64,000 nt of DNA. Source: Eledone cirrhosa. Taxonomy: Eukaryota. The position numbers and the translations under genes are program-made. Shown one piece after another: positions 52,265 to 64,000 of the stretch (position 1 is the stretch's first letter; each line of letters opens with the position of its first letter). The notes under the pieces were generated by a model. The model saw only the letters and a list, made by a program, of their open reading frames with translations. It was not told the DNA's origin and searched no databases. Location: positions 238,824,001 through 238,888,000 of the forward strand of contig OZ024740.1 in assembly GCA_964016885.1 (NCBI GenBank). The letters are read 5' to 3'.

Positions 52265-54007
52265 CTAAAAGAGATGTTAAAAAAGGTTAATTTGGTTGAA
52301 ACATCAGTATATAGCTGAATCTAATCATGCATTTTGTATTGATGATCTTAAAATAGAAATTTATTGTAAATATTTAAGCACAAGCTCATATTCTGAGAAA
52401 ACAAATTATTGATGCTTTGTAAAATGTTCTAGTTGCATAGAAAGTGGTTGAAAATGGAGCTAGGGCTAACACAATGTTTAGACAATTGTTGGTATTGAGT
52501 ACTACTGCTCAATGTTACTTGAGTAAATAATTATATCATATGATGGATATATTTGAGGGCTTTTTAGCTGGCTTGTTTATAGAACTCAAACATAAAGGTG
52601 TCCCTCGCGAAACCTTGTCATCAGCATATTTTCTTTTATCATTGATGTAAATTCTGGATAAACAATGTGTGTGCGTGCGCGCTGATCAAAGAAAATAACA
52701 ATGCTAGTTTCTGAAAAGATGATGTGTAACTCTTAATAAGTGATAAGCCTCTGGCAACTCTTGTTCTGAAGAGGTCAGGATAATCCAGGCGTTTTCCTAA
52801 TTCAGTGAGTTCCAACTTCCCGCTACAACTATTCCCCCCTGTAACAAGTTTCTGTCTGGGTTTGAAACCAGGAACTCTTGATTTGCTTTCGTGTCGCGCG
52901 GAGAAAAAAAGTTGATGTCAGCCAATAGACTGTGGTGAAGACTTTCAATAAATTCTAAATGTTGCCTACACACACACTTCACATTCTGTTCTGATCCGAA
53001 AGCTAATTTCTTAACATGAACTGTGCACACACTTCGTGTTTGTGTGAATAATTTTAAATACCCACTATTTTCTGTCATTATATCATCATGATTCGTTGTA
53101 ACTATGTGGAAGTTTATAAATACTTAAAATATATTTTCCTGTTTTTCACGACTTCAGCCGCGATACCAACAAATGCAAATCTATTTTCTCTCCATCTCAT
53201 ACATAGACTCTTATAGTGATATTAACAACCAAAAGTGAATGTCTATTCCTCGAAAATAATGTATACCCAAAAGTAAGAATATATTAGGTTGATAACAAAA
53301 TACTTGACAATTTAAATTTAGCTAATGGGCCATAGGAAGGGAACCGCTGTCCTAATCGCTTGGATTTGTGAATAAAAAACATTATCAAGAGGGAAAAAAT
53401 GTGAAAACCATTTACTAGAAACTATGTGAATTCCTTGTTACCAACGCGAAAGCATTCTTAATTATTTTAGAAATCAACTGCCCTAATGGACTAAATTAGT
53501 CTAATAAAAGGAAGACGTGCTTCAACCACGCTTTCGTCTGAGTGCTTTAGGTTGTACAAACGATTTTTCGAGGTAAACACCAGTAATCTGTGTTGTGTAT
53601 AATTGAGGTAGTGTGCATGCCGTTTCTGTTTCTCTTTTTGGAATATTTTTTTTTATTGATATTGACCACTTGCTTGGTTGATTATATATGTTTGCATTTC
53701 AAACTGATATTATGTCATATACAGTTAAATAACTCGACAGAAAATAAAAATCTGGCGGTCGTAGACCAGATTTGCCGCTTGTATTTTCTCTCTTGACAAC
53801 AGAGAAAAGTTTTATCATTATCTATAATATTGAATAAAGCCTTCTGATAAAGTATATTTCAATTGCACAACAGGCACATAAGAGAACAAATAAGTAGATG
53901 GGGCGAATTTACAAAGTGGTCCCTGTTAACATTTATATAAATATCTTCAGGATAGGGGATCTGCGACAAAATACCCTGATAAGGAAGATTATTTAGATAA
54001 ATCTTAC

Positions 54008-54119
54008 CATTCCTCCGTCGAGGAATTACCGTGTGGACTTTTAAAAAAGACATTGGACCGTTTCCCTCTGCCATCGCTTTGCGCTTGGTAAGAGCGGTGG
54101 GAAAAAATATTTCTTCCAT
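54008..54119 (-). CDS. KLHDC10: Kelch domain-containing protein 10, exon 1 (start ATG at 54119 or in-frame at 54074)
   Basis: MEEIFFPTALTKRKA-MAEGNGPMSFLKVHTVIPRRRN(G)|gtaag. The phase-1 donor matches the next exon; which ATG is used is uncertain. Confidence 0.7.
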
Positions 54120-54366
54120 TAAATCTAATTTGTACGGAATAACAAGTTAAATTATGAATGCACAACATTCCTTTTTTTAAAGAGTAAAATTAAATAAAAA
54201 GACAGAAATAATCTGTAATGATTAATTTATTCACACTAATATTATAAATATATAAATGTTTGTCGTTGTAGACGTTAAATTTAGCTTATCCGTAACGGAA
54301 TATAATTTGAAAGAGAACTATAACGAGCACCACCGTTTAACAGTCTCCATTTGTCGATGATCAAAA
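54120..54366. promoter_or_regulatory. Putative bidirectional promoter between KLHDC10 and the divergent gene
   Basis: About 250 bp separate opposed start codons in a repeat-free, relatively CpG-retaining stretch. A YY1-like AAAATGGC overlaps the + strand ATG. Confidence 0.6.
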
Positions 54367-54452
54367 ATGGCCAACATGTCATGTAGAGACGAAGTGAAGA
54401 ATATTCTCTCGTCATTTATATCGATAGGTGTTGGAAAATGTCCGAAAATAAT
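54367..54452 (+). CDS. ZC3HC1: Probable ZC3HC1/NIPA exon 1
   Basis: ATG at 54367; MANMSCRDEVKNILSSFISIGVGKCPKI(I)|gtaagt. The phase-2 donor is compatible with the only open frame of the exon at 63094. Confidence 0.6.
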
Positions 54453-57254
54453 GTAAGTCAATTCAAATAAGAATAATAATTTCTTTAATTTTTCCGTTTG
54501 ATTCTCGTATTTCTCTATTTAAAAGCAACCAACAAACATGTAATATTTGTTTAGAATCTTTCTCTCTACTCAAGATGCTTTAAACATTATTTCCAATTTG
54601 CAGCTTCCGGGGTGATTTAAGAAAGCTATTTTGTGGAATCTACGTCAATAGTTTTTGTTTTTCATTGGATTGAAACTAAGAGGGAACATATTTTGATCTC
54701 CGTAAATATTCCTATAAAAGCCATTTGAAGCGTTTGAATTGTTTTACCAATGACGACTTAATCAGATTGAATTATATTCCAGTTTGTCACTAAATTTTCA
54801 TTTAAATAGTAGAAATCGTCAAATGATTCCTATTGCTTTTATTTTAATCGTATTGGAATTATTTTGAAACGTATTCTCATCTATAATGTTTATAAACATT
54901 ATATTGAAAGAGATATTACAGCAGGATTATGTTTGATGTTACCTCGAAAAGATTTGTTTCGTGTTTCGGTTATAGATTATTTAAATTTTAAATATCGTTT
55001 ACATATTAACTTTTCATAAAATCCAAACTACCGTATAATCACCCTTTTATGACATATTCAGTCATACTGTTTAGTTTTTCTTATTTAATTGTAGTTAATT
55101 GTAGTATATAAATTTAACTTCATGAATTACTGGGTTAATAGCAGCTACATGAAAATCTTTATTTGGCGATTTTATCATTAAGGAAGAACTGTTTTGTTTT
55201 TCTTTGCCGATTCTGAAAACTAAGTCGTATATAAAATTGTTTTTATGAAAACTTGTTAATTTTAATGCTTCTTGTGCCTATTCAATATATTTATTATCTA
55301 TAATATGCAATTACCTATATATCTATAAAACGATGGTGGTATGTAAACGAATGTGTGAGGGTATATAAAAAACAATAGATATGACAAATAAAAACTGAAA
55401 CTGGAATAACGGAAGCAATTCATCATCATCACTTTACTTCTGTTTTCCAAGCCGGCTTGAGATGGATGTCGTGGCGGGCCGGTGAACCATGTCTTGATCG
55501 TACATTCCATTTTAAGCTGGTTGCTCTTCTTAAACGCTAACCACTTTACATAGTGAACTGGGTCCATTTTACAGTGGCACTAATACCGCCTCTTTACAGT
55601 GTACTGGGTGCATTTTATTGTGACACTAACGCTATCACTTTATAGTGTACTGGATGTATTTTGTCGTGGCACCAGCGCCATCGTTTTCGAGAGGGTACTG
55701 GGCGCATTTTATCGTGGTACCAACACTACCCCTTTCTAGAGGGTACTGGATGCATCTTTTCGTAGCACCAGCGCTTGAGAGTTTGATAATGTTTTTAGTA
55801 AGGGAAAGGGGGTCGTCCCATATCCTATGTTGTCTCTGTTCAAACGTCAAATACTTTACAGACTGTACCGGGTACATATAAATTATAGATAAGACCATGT
55901 TAGTAAGAAAATAAAAAACAAAACTTAAATGGGTCTGCTCAGTCAAGGATGATCTGGTTTTGACAACAATTCTGTTGAGAAGCACTTAACTACTAAAATA
56001 TTTCCTGTTTCTATATTAAATAACATTATAACAACTACCTATTTTAATTTACATGAAAGTAATAGCAGTGTCGTTGTTTAGACCCTGAACAACAAAGTGG
56101 GGGACATATTGAATAACAACTGTTATTCAATACCCCCCCCCCTTTTTTTTTTAAATGACGTAATGTGTTATTTAGGAGAGATTTGGCTACTATTTCTAGC
56201 ATATTGAATAGCTATGTATAGTTTTCTTTCATTGTTTCAGTCAAAGTTGACTGATTTACTATGGTAGAATGGCTTGTTGAAACCAGGCACATGACATGAA
56301 CTGCAATAAATGTGGAGTGATAATGCTTTGGAGAAGTAGAAATCATAGGATTAGGGATTACGAAAAAAATATTGGATGTTGTTACTTAAGAGCAATCACA
56401 AGAATTAGAACTGGTAGTTTACTTTTTCAACAAAATATTTACCTGAACACATTTATTTAAAAAAAATTCTGTTGATCTTCCAATGATCTACCAAATAAAG
56501 ATTTGGTAATCAATCCCCTTCTATTCACCACCTTGGTCACATTTATCTTGAATGAATTAAGGCCATATGGAATATGTCAGACTCTTTAGTCTTACAGAGG
56601 ACAAAACAACCTCTCTAGTGTTGGTACCATGATAAAATGCTGTCAGTATACTCGAAACTGGTTGGTATTTGAATGGTAATAATGTAGGATAGAGAACACT
56701 TTCAGTCTCATCAAAGATATGATGGCCTTTCTGGTACTAGTGCCATGATAAAATACACCCATTACACACTGTAAAGAGGGCGGTGTTGGGAAGTGTATCT
56801 AGCCATAAACCCCATGTTTATAATGGAATGTATGAGCAAGATGTGGTATCCTGAGTATAACTCTATCAATCCATCTAACCAGCATAAAATTATAATGGTG
56901 CTGATGGTGACAATGACAAGAATAGCAACAATATTCAATAATCTCATTAGCCTCATTTACCATAATGGAGTGAACACCACTAGAGATAAACGCAAAGGGA
57001 CCGCAACTGTTGTGAGCCCTAACCAAGTTCCTCTTACTTGCATCTACTGTGATCAACATAGACACACAGGGGCAGGCTAGGCATTGGAGAAAATGCAACA
57101 TTTGGGTGTAATTTAAAGATTTGCCTAATATTTCTAGTTAGTTGAGCGAATACATTGAGACTCACTTCACTTGTTAGAAATAGCAGCCCAATTTCCATCA
57201 AAAGCCATCCATCTTAAAAATGGAGATGCCTAGTAGTGTGTTTGGATTTACATC

Positions 57255-59811
57255 AGGCCACTCAACTTTGTGGTATCCTCAGAGTTGCTGCCAGGAAAAC
57301 AGCTACTTATGTTTTTATTGCAGGGGACTTCAATCACCCTGAGATTGACCGGGAAACCTTTCGTTGGCCGCAAAGTGCAAATGAGCTAGTGCTGGACTCA
57401 AACTGGTCCCAAGTAGTCACCTCCCCAACAAGAGGTGACAACACTTTGGATCTACTCTTCACCACTACTGAAACGGTTATTAGTGTTACTACTGAGCAAC
57501 CTTTAGGTGACTGATCATGCTATGATCATTGCCAATCTATCCCTCATGGGCAGTAACAAAAACCAGAACCATCTCCAAACTGCTCACTTTGACTGGAATA
57601 AAGTAGACTGGAACTGTTACTGCACCGAGTTGCAACGTCCAAACTGGCATGAGTTCTATGACTCTGGAGATGTCAACACTGTACTCCAGAACATCCTGAA
57701 CTCAATATGGACAGCATGTGCAGCATCAGTGCCACGTAAGCAGAAAAAACATCCCAAAAGTTCAATTTGGGAGACTGCAGCATTCTGTCTTGCCAGAAAA
57801 GAACGTTGTAATGCTGAATGTGAGTACAAACTGCATAAATCAGATATCAATAAGAAAAAGCGAAATAAATCATCCAACCATCTCAAACAGGTGACAAAAA
57901 AGGCAGTGCTTCAATTTGAGCAGAGCATAGCAACCAGCCCTGACAGTGAGGTGTTCTGGAAGTATGTTCACTCAAAGCAGGGGTCTCACTCTCCAGTTGG
58001 TCCTCTTCGCAATCCCCACACAAGCCAGGTTACTGACGACCCCCAAGGAATGCACAGAACACATTGCTAAATGCTATGCAGGCATTTTCACTATTGAAGA
58101 CCTGAGTGTACCGTCTCCACCACCTCTGACATCAGATTCTATTACAACTATGGAATTTACACCTGCAATGCTGCGACGTCACCTTAAAAATAAGCGCAAC
58201 CATGCCTCTCCTGGTCTTGATGGTGTTACGTACCTGCTTCTCAAATGTGGTGGATACTTCCTTCTGCACCAGCTATTACGCTCCTTCCAATTCTGTCTGA
58301 ACAACGGTGCTACTCCAGAACAGTGGAAAACTTCCAGTGTCATTCCTCAGTTCAAAAAGGGTGACCGCACATCACCTGTGAACTATCATCCAGTCAGTCT
58401 TACTAACTGCATTGCCAAACTAATGGAATCCTGTGTCAGAGAAACGCTTTGGAACTTCTGGAACTCTCACAGTCTTATCCGGCCCTCGCAATTTAGATTT
58501 ATCCCTAACTCTAGCTGCTATGATCAACTTATCGAGTTTCTTGAAGACATCACCTGGATCACTGATGGTGGCTCATGGGTGGATATTGTTTACCTTGACT
58601 TTGCTAAAGCTTTCAATTCTGTGCCACACAAAAGACTTATGGCAAAACTCTCTGCAAGGGGTGTGAAGGATGATCTTTTTAACTGGTTGAAGTCCTTCAT
58701 TCTCAGTCGAAGGGAGGTAGTCACAGTTCTAGAACAGCATTCCTCACCATATGAGATGTCATCTGGTGTACCACAGGGATCTGTTCTTGGCCCCCTTTTG
58801 TTTGTGGCATATATTAATGACATAGATGCCAACTTAAAGAATGCCACTACTGAAATATGCAGATGACATCAAGCTGTACCTTGAGATAAAAAGGACAGAT
58901 CCTGAACACTATAGATCTTACCTGCAATCTGACCTGGACACAATGCAACAATGGATTACAGACTGGCAACTCAAGCTGGCTGTGGACAAATGTACCACCA
59001 TGCATTTTGGGAGTAAGAACCCAGTGTCCACATACTCCCTCCACTACACTAATATCAAGAAGTCTTCTTGTGAACGTGACCTGGGCATTATGGTCAGCAG
59101 CGATTTGCGTTGGACAAAGCACGTCTCTAAAATTGTCAAGAAGGCCGAGGGTGTCTTAGAATCATTCAGCAAGCCCTTTGTCAGCCGCTGTCCAGCTATC
59201 TATTTAAAGCTGAACATAGCTATGGTGCGGCCACACCAGTCTGGAACCTCTATCTTGCTCAGAACATTGACTGCTTGGAAACTGTTCAGAGACGTGCAAC
59301 CAAGCGAATACCCTCCATCAGGCATCTACCATGCTCTGAGCACCTTGCTTCCCTGAGCATGGATACATTGAAGCTCCGACGTCTGGCAACTGACTTGGTA
59401 AACACCCACAAAATTATTAACTATCTTGCTAACAACAACCCTGAGTACCTTTTTGATTTCCATGTGTCTAACACTCGTGGGCATGCCCACAAAGTCAGAA
59501 AACAGCACAGCTCCCATGACTTTTGGAAACATTTTTTCACGCTCAGAGTTGCTGAAGCATGGAACAAACTACCTGCATCAGTTGTTAGCTGTCGAGACAC
59601 TGCATCCTTTAAAACCTCCATGCTTCCTGAGATTCGCCAACACTACACCTAATGTTCCCCCTCCATACACACGCACACATGTATCATGACTCGTACACTA
59701 TTCACTTCCCTGACATTTGTATATTATTCTATGTACTATACATGCACCTTTGACGAGTTGTAGTGCACCTGAGCACAGTACACAATAATTTCATTATTAT
59801 TATTATTATTA
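57255..59811 (+). mobile_element. CR1-group LINE ORF2 remnant (endonuclease C-half + RT)
   Basis: GDFNHP, PTRGDNTLDL, DHAMI; YLDFAKAF, GVPQGSVLGPLLF, YADD; frameshifted; (ATT)n tail; appears to split a SINE head (B box resumes at 59822). Confidence 0.95.
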
Positions 59812-60125
59812 TAATGTCAGGGGTTCGATTCCTGGACTGTTTGTGTGTTGTGTTCTTGAACAAAACACTTCATTTCATTTCACATTACTCTAATATACTC
59901 AGCTGAAAATGACTCCTGCAATAGTTGGGGGTTTAACACCACAAAAACCTGAATAAGCACTGGCCTGATGAGCCTCCGGGTACAAGATAGACTTTAGACA
60001 TTATACCTGGAAAAAAGCGATGGAATGGATATGGCCGAAATGCCTTTGATAGTTGTTCTACTCACTTGGCACTAAATAGGAATATAACAGCCACTGCATG
60101 TCATATTGGGCAGTGTGACCCTATA

Positions 60126-60878
60126 GTCATCACCACATCACTCTTCGACTACTGTCGAGATGATGGAGAATGCCCCAGAATTCCCTGTCCCTCATCGCTG
60201 CCCCCAGGTCCTGTCTACTGATTCCCGTATCCCTAGAGATCATTATGATCAGAAACAGGACCCAGGAAAGCAGGGGCTGGACCTATATCAACAGGTATAC
60301 CATATAGTGTGGTTCCCTAAGGAACAGGAACCCTGGTGCAGTTAGTTGCGAAATCCATCATCTTTTCAAATAGCTAATAATGTGTGTGGGCGCCACTACT
60401 ACACACATGTGAAAGAATTTGACAGCCAAGTCTTGAAGAAGGTGCTTTCTCCTCCGTGTGGTGGGTTACCCGGCGCCAGATACCAACCTGGCATTTATAC
60501 CCTCGCCCTAATTGTTCGTGTTGCAAGCACTAGAGTAGTCGCTAACCAAAGCTACGGACCCACTCTATCCATCTGGAGATACGTTGTACTAGCTTACCAG
60601 CATACTAGTAGCAGGAAGTGATGTCAGGGAATGTGACTTTTCCGGCACTGCAGCGCCTTTCGGCGGGCTGTGCTGGTTTTGGATGGCCATTGACTCTAAG
60701 AGCTCCCAGGAGATCCTTTGCCCTTTGACAGGTTTTGTTTTTAGTCCTGCAGGATGTCCAAAGTCACCCTCCTCACCAAGAAATCTTGGTGGGGTTGCCA
60801 GTTTAGTCGCCAACGACCTGACCACATGAGACAGGTTGTACTGGGATACATGTTATCAGTAGCACCAACTGGTGACCC
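60126..60878 (-). mobile_element. Full-length non-coding RTE-associated retroelement (about 750 bp)
   Basis: GAT-type tail at the 3' end; 11-bp direct repeat GTGACCCTATA at 60115-60125 and 60872-60882; second copy at 43946; no credible ORF. Confidence 0.7.
60798..60878 (-). ncRNA. HDV-like ribozyme fold (P3 decayed)
   Basis: P1 GGGTCAC/GTGGTCA, P2 CCAGT/ACTGG, L3 with CC, P1.1 GG, P4 TCG-TTGG-CGA, J4/2 CTAA. Confidence 0.6.
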
Positions 60879-60945
60879 TATAATAGGTTGTTGCATGGTA
60901 TATCTAGAATATTACACCCAAACATTCAACTAATTATCTACAAAC

Positions 60946-61392
60946 TCTATCTTCCACACTAGCATGGGTTAGATGAGGAATTGTCCCACTTGAGGTAAGA
61001 TTGATCGGGTGACCGTGTCTTGCTCATATAGGACTGTATCTGGCAGGTTTTCTACGGCTGGATGCCCTTCCTAGCATCAACCACATTTACAGTGTGGACT
61101 GGGAGCCTTTTTACTGTGTCTCCTACATGACCACCTTACAGTGTGGACTAGGTGCTTTTTGTTGTGACACCTACATGACCACTTAAGTGTAGACTGGGTA
61201 TTCCATGGTACCAACATAACTTTACAGAGAAAGGGTGGTGTGGGTGGGAGGATGGAATAGGGGTAGTGGGTTGGGGTGTATATTTGGTTAAGAAGTGCCT
61301 ACTGACTAGGTTTAATTTTGTACTGTAAGGAAGGCAGGTCTTCTATATTACTGCGTAGCGCCAAAGGTCTTGATCCAGTGACATTGTCTTAG
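60946..61392 (-). mobile_element. RTE 3' UTR copy
   Basis: Reverse complement of the family seen at 33477-34030. Confidence 0.8.
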
Positions 61393-63093
61393 ATGTAATT
61401 ATAAACAGATAATAAAGTGTTGTATAAAGGATGATAGCCTTACCTATCTTGATCTCTGTATATAAATTGTTTCACAATACATTGCTAATCACATTAATTA
61501 GAAGGTTGTTGTTTAACCCCAGGTCATCCCTAAATGAGCAGGCTATGACAATCTGTTTCATTTATCTATCTATTGTCAGGATTTCATTGTCTATGCCCCA
61601 AGAGGATAGGGTGTAATTTAATGATTTATATGATATTTGTAGCGTGTTAAGCAAATACATAATCTCTCATTAGCTCACTGTTAATTAGATTCAGTTCACT
61701 GGTACTTTATCACGTTATTGATTAGCTTGATTATAACTCATGAAGAATATTTCCTTCAGCAACTATTATATTGAAGTTTTTGCCTTAGTCTTACCTGGAA
61801 TTGTTATTGTGTATATCATCATAATCACTATTTAACGTCTGTTTTCCATGCTTGCATAGGTTAGATGAGTTGTCATGTTTTGAGGCTTGACAAGTCAGGT
61901 GACCATGTGTTGCTCATACATTCCATTTTTGGCGAGATGTCCGTCTTAACACAAATCATTTAAGTCTGTACTAGGAACATTTTATCGTAACCCTGACACT
62001 ACCACCTTACGAGGTGCCTAACAGAATAACTTTCTTTCTCGGAAAGTCGTACAAAAACCTGATATGAAATGCCATCATTGTTGGTTTACCAGATCAATAT
62101 AACAGCTTTGGCAATTACATTTTTTAACTGGTGATGCTAGAATTAACCGTTGTTAACAGTCCGCTCAACTTTGACCTTTATTTCTGAACTAACTCCGTAC
62201 AAAAAAAAAAAAATAATAAATGAGTCAGAAGGACTCTTCAGCAGTGTCAAAGACATGACAACCTCTTTAGTGCTGGTTCCACAATAAAATGCACTTCGTA
62301 GAGCATGAGATTGGTTTGTAAGTGAGATGCAGGACCCTGACTCACTTGAACACTTGGAATGTGAGAACAAGTGAAATGCAGTCCACCAGTCAATGTGAAA
62401 GGTCAGTAACTCCACTTGAGTACTGGCTTGGTCAGTAATGACCTGTCCAACCCTTGTTAGCAGAGAAAAACGGATGTTAAATGATGATGATGAAAATTAA
62501 AACAACTGTTATCTCTTTTATTAACTCGGTTCAGGGATAAAAATTAAATTCTTGTTTTTTTTTACTTTTTATTCAGGGAGGAAATGACTACCTGTGATCC
62601 TTTTCAGGGCCTCTGACACTGGGAGGGAGATTTGACCTAAATACTTATAATAGAGTGGCTCTACTAAAGACACCCAAGGGTCAAAGTGGTGCTTTTAAAC
62701 CATGCGATGGATTAAGTCTACCACCCAATTAGGCCACAGCGGGATTTGAATCCAGGATATAAAAAGCTGGAACAAATACTTCAAGGCATCACTGATGTGC
62801 TAATAATTCCATTAATTTTCAATCCTAGACTGGTAATTTATTTTATATACTTCAAAATGATTAAAGGCAAAGTTGATCTCGATGGGATTTGAATGAACAT
62901 CACAGGGTATTTTTTCCTGTGCTGTTATGACGCTGCCAATTTTCAACCTGTAATTTTACAGTTTTATCAGACTTTGGAATTTTCTGGGGGGTGTTTTGCC
63001 TGTTTACTTATTTTAAACATAATCTAGTGTCACCTGTGTAACTGTATGTTGCTACATATTTATATGCATGCTGCTGTTGTTTTTCTGTTGTAG

Positions 63094-63226
63094 CTCAACA
63101 GATATTGCTATTAACAATGGAGATGATACTGATGACAATGAAGATATGGATTATGATTCTAAAGACCAAACTTCAAATGATCCTCGGAGTAAACCGAAAT
63201 ATTTAGAGAGGGTTGGGTCGTACACT
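63094..63226 (+). CDS. ZC3HC1: Probable ZC3HC1/NIPA exon 2 (start of zf-C3HC domain)
   Basis: tgtag|C TCA...ACT|GTATCCTTT. STDIAINNGDDTDDNEDMDYDSKDQTSNDPRSKPKYLERVGSYT; PRSKPKYLERVGSYT resembles recalled human STSKEAFFSRVETFS. Confidence 0.65.
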
Positions 63227-63235
63227 GTATCCTTT
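63227..63235 (+). promoter_or_regulatory. U12-type (minor spliceosome) 5' splice site
   Basis: GTATCCTTT is a 9/9 match to the RTATCCTTT consensus and falls exactly at a codon boundary of the exon. Confidence 0.75.
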
Positions 63236-64000
63236 GATCATTATCTTTTTCTTTTTTTTTTTTGGGAGATCAGTGGTGGTGTCTAATAACCCTTTCGTTA
63301 CCATATTTCTAATGAAAGACACTGCTTATGATTTCAAATCAGATATTTGGTGGGATTTTGTAATATAACTAATTTTCTTATTATTAAGCTGGTGTTTTGT
63401 GATATAAATAGAATCGCACAAAAAATATTTAGAGTTTTTAAGAGTTATGTATACTTATAAAAAAAATCGTTTTATTAGTACAATTAGTATAGTTTTCCAA
63501 ACAATTGGTTTAAATTAAAGTTAATTCTGATGGAAGGTTTTTAAATAAATGTAAACACTTCAAAATGGGTAGTTTTGTATTGTGGTCACCTCGTACAAAG
63601 TAACATTTATTTTCTTTGACATCCAACTGTTCCTAACAATACACACATATATACAGTATGGTTTTTATAAAAATGGAGATTTGTTTGTGTGTTGTGCATT
63701 TATACTTATACATGATTGAAAATAATTTTATTCTAAAGGTGGGTGATAATATTAATTACTAAGTATGAATGGATGACCATCACTTGAAGATTTATGTAAA
63801 ATTGGATGCTTAAAATTTAATATGCATTCATAAGCATCTATTTCTCTCTTTTCTCTCTCTATCTGTCTGACTGTATGTATCTATATATAGCTAATAATAT
63901 AAGGACGATTTGTGAGGCCTTCATTACGTTTATTGATTGGTGACACGCATTTCGCTACTGATCAGCTCAAGGTTCGGTCTGTATCAATCTGGCCTAACTC

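Noticed and set aside
52797-53078. 93-aa minus-strand ORF in a CpG-retaining part of KLHDC10 intron 1
   Set aside because: No recognisable motif or fitting splice sites; may be regulatory but unsupported.
54438-54452. Alternative start MSENN before the same donor
   Set aside because: A phase-0 join to either acceptor near 63094/63102 hits a stop; only the 54367 frame stays open.
63630-63656. U12 branch point (TTCCTAAC) and acceptor for the minor intron
   Set aside because: One base short of consensus, and the following frame (YGFYKNGD...) stops early with no zf-C3HC similarity.

Overview
AT-rich, repeat-dense eukaryotic DNA. The SINE/LINE families resemble those of octopod cephalopods (inference). 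Three intron-split genes can be reconstructed with consistent splice phases: (1) the last five coding exons of NAMPT (+, 386-18997); (2) a complete 10-exon KLHDC10-like kelch gene (-, 54074/54119 to 29519); (3) the first two exons of a divergently transcribed gene that looks like ZC3HC1/NIPA (+, 54367-63226), whose second intron starts with a perfect U12 minor-spliceosome donor (GTATCCTTT). Introns are filled with RTE, CR1, Tx1/L1 and Penelope retroelement remnants, tRNA-derived SINEs, pogo/hAT/piggyBac/Helitron-type non-autonomous elements and microsatellites. The most unusual signals are a family of fold-back (palindromic) Penelope-type inserts at (TA)n tracts carrying minimal hammerhead ribozyme cores, an HDV-like ribozyme fold at the 5' end of a non-coding RTE-tailed element, a 111-bp templated copy of a KLHDC10 exon end plus splice donor, and a higher-order minisatellite grown from an RTE 3' UTR. 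All calls were made by eye; no database searches or folding computations were run.
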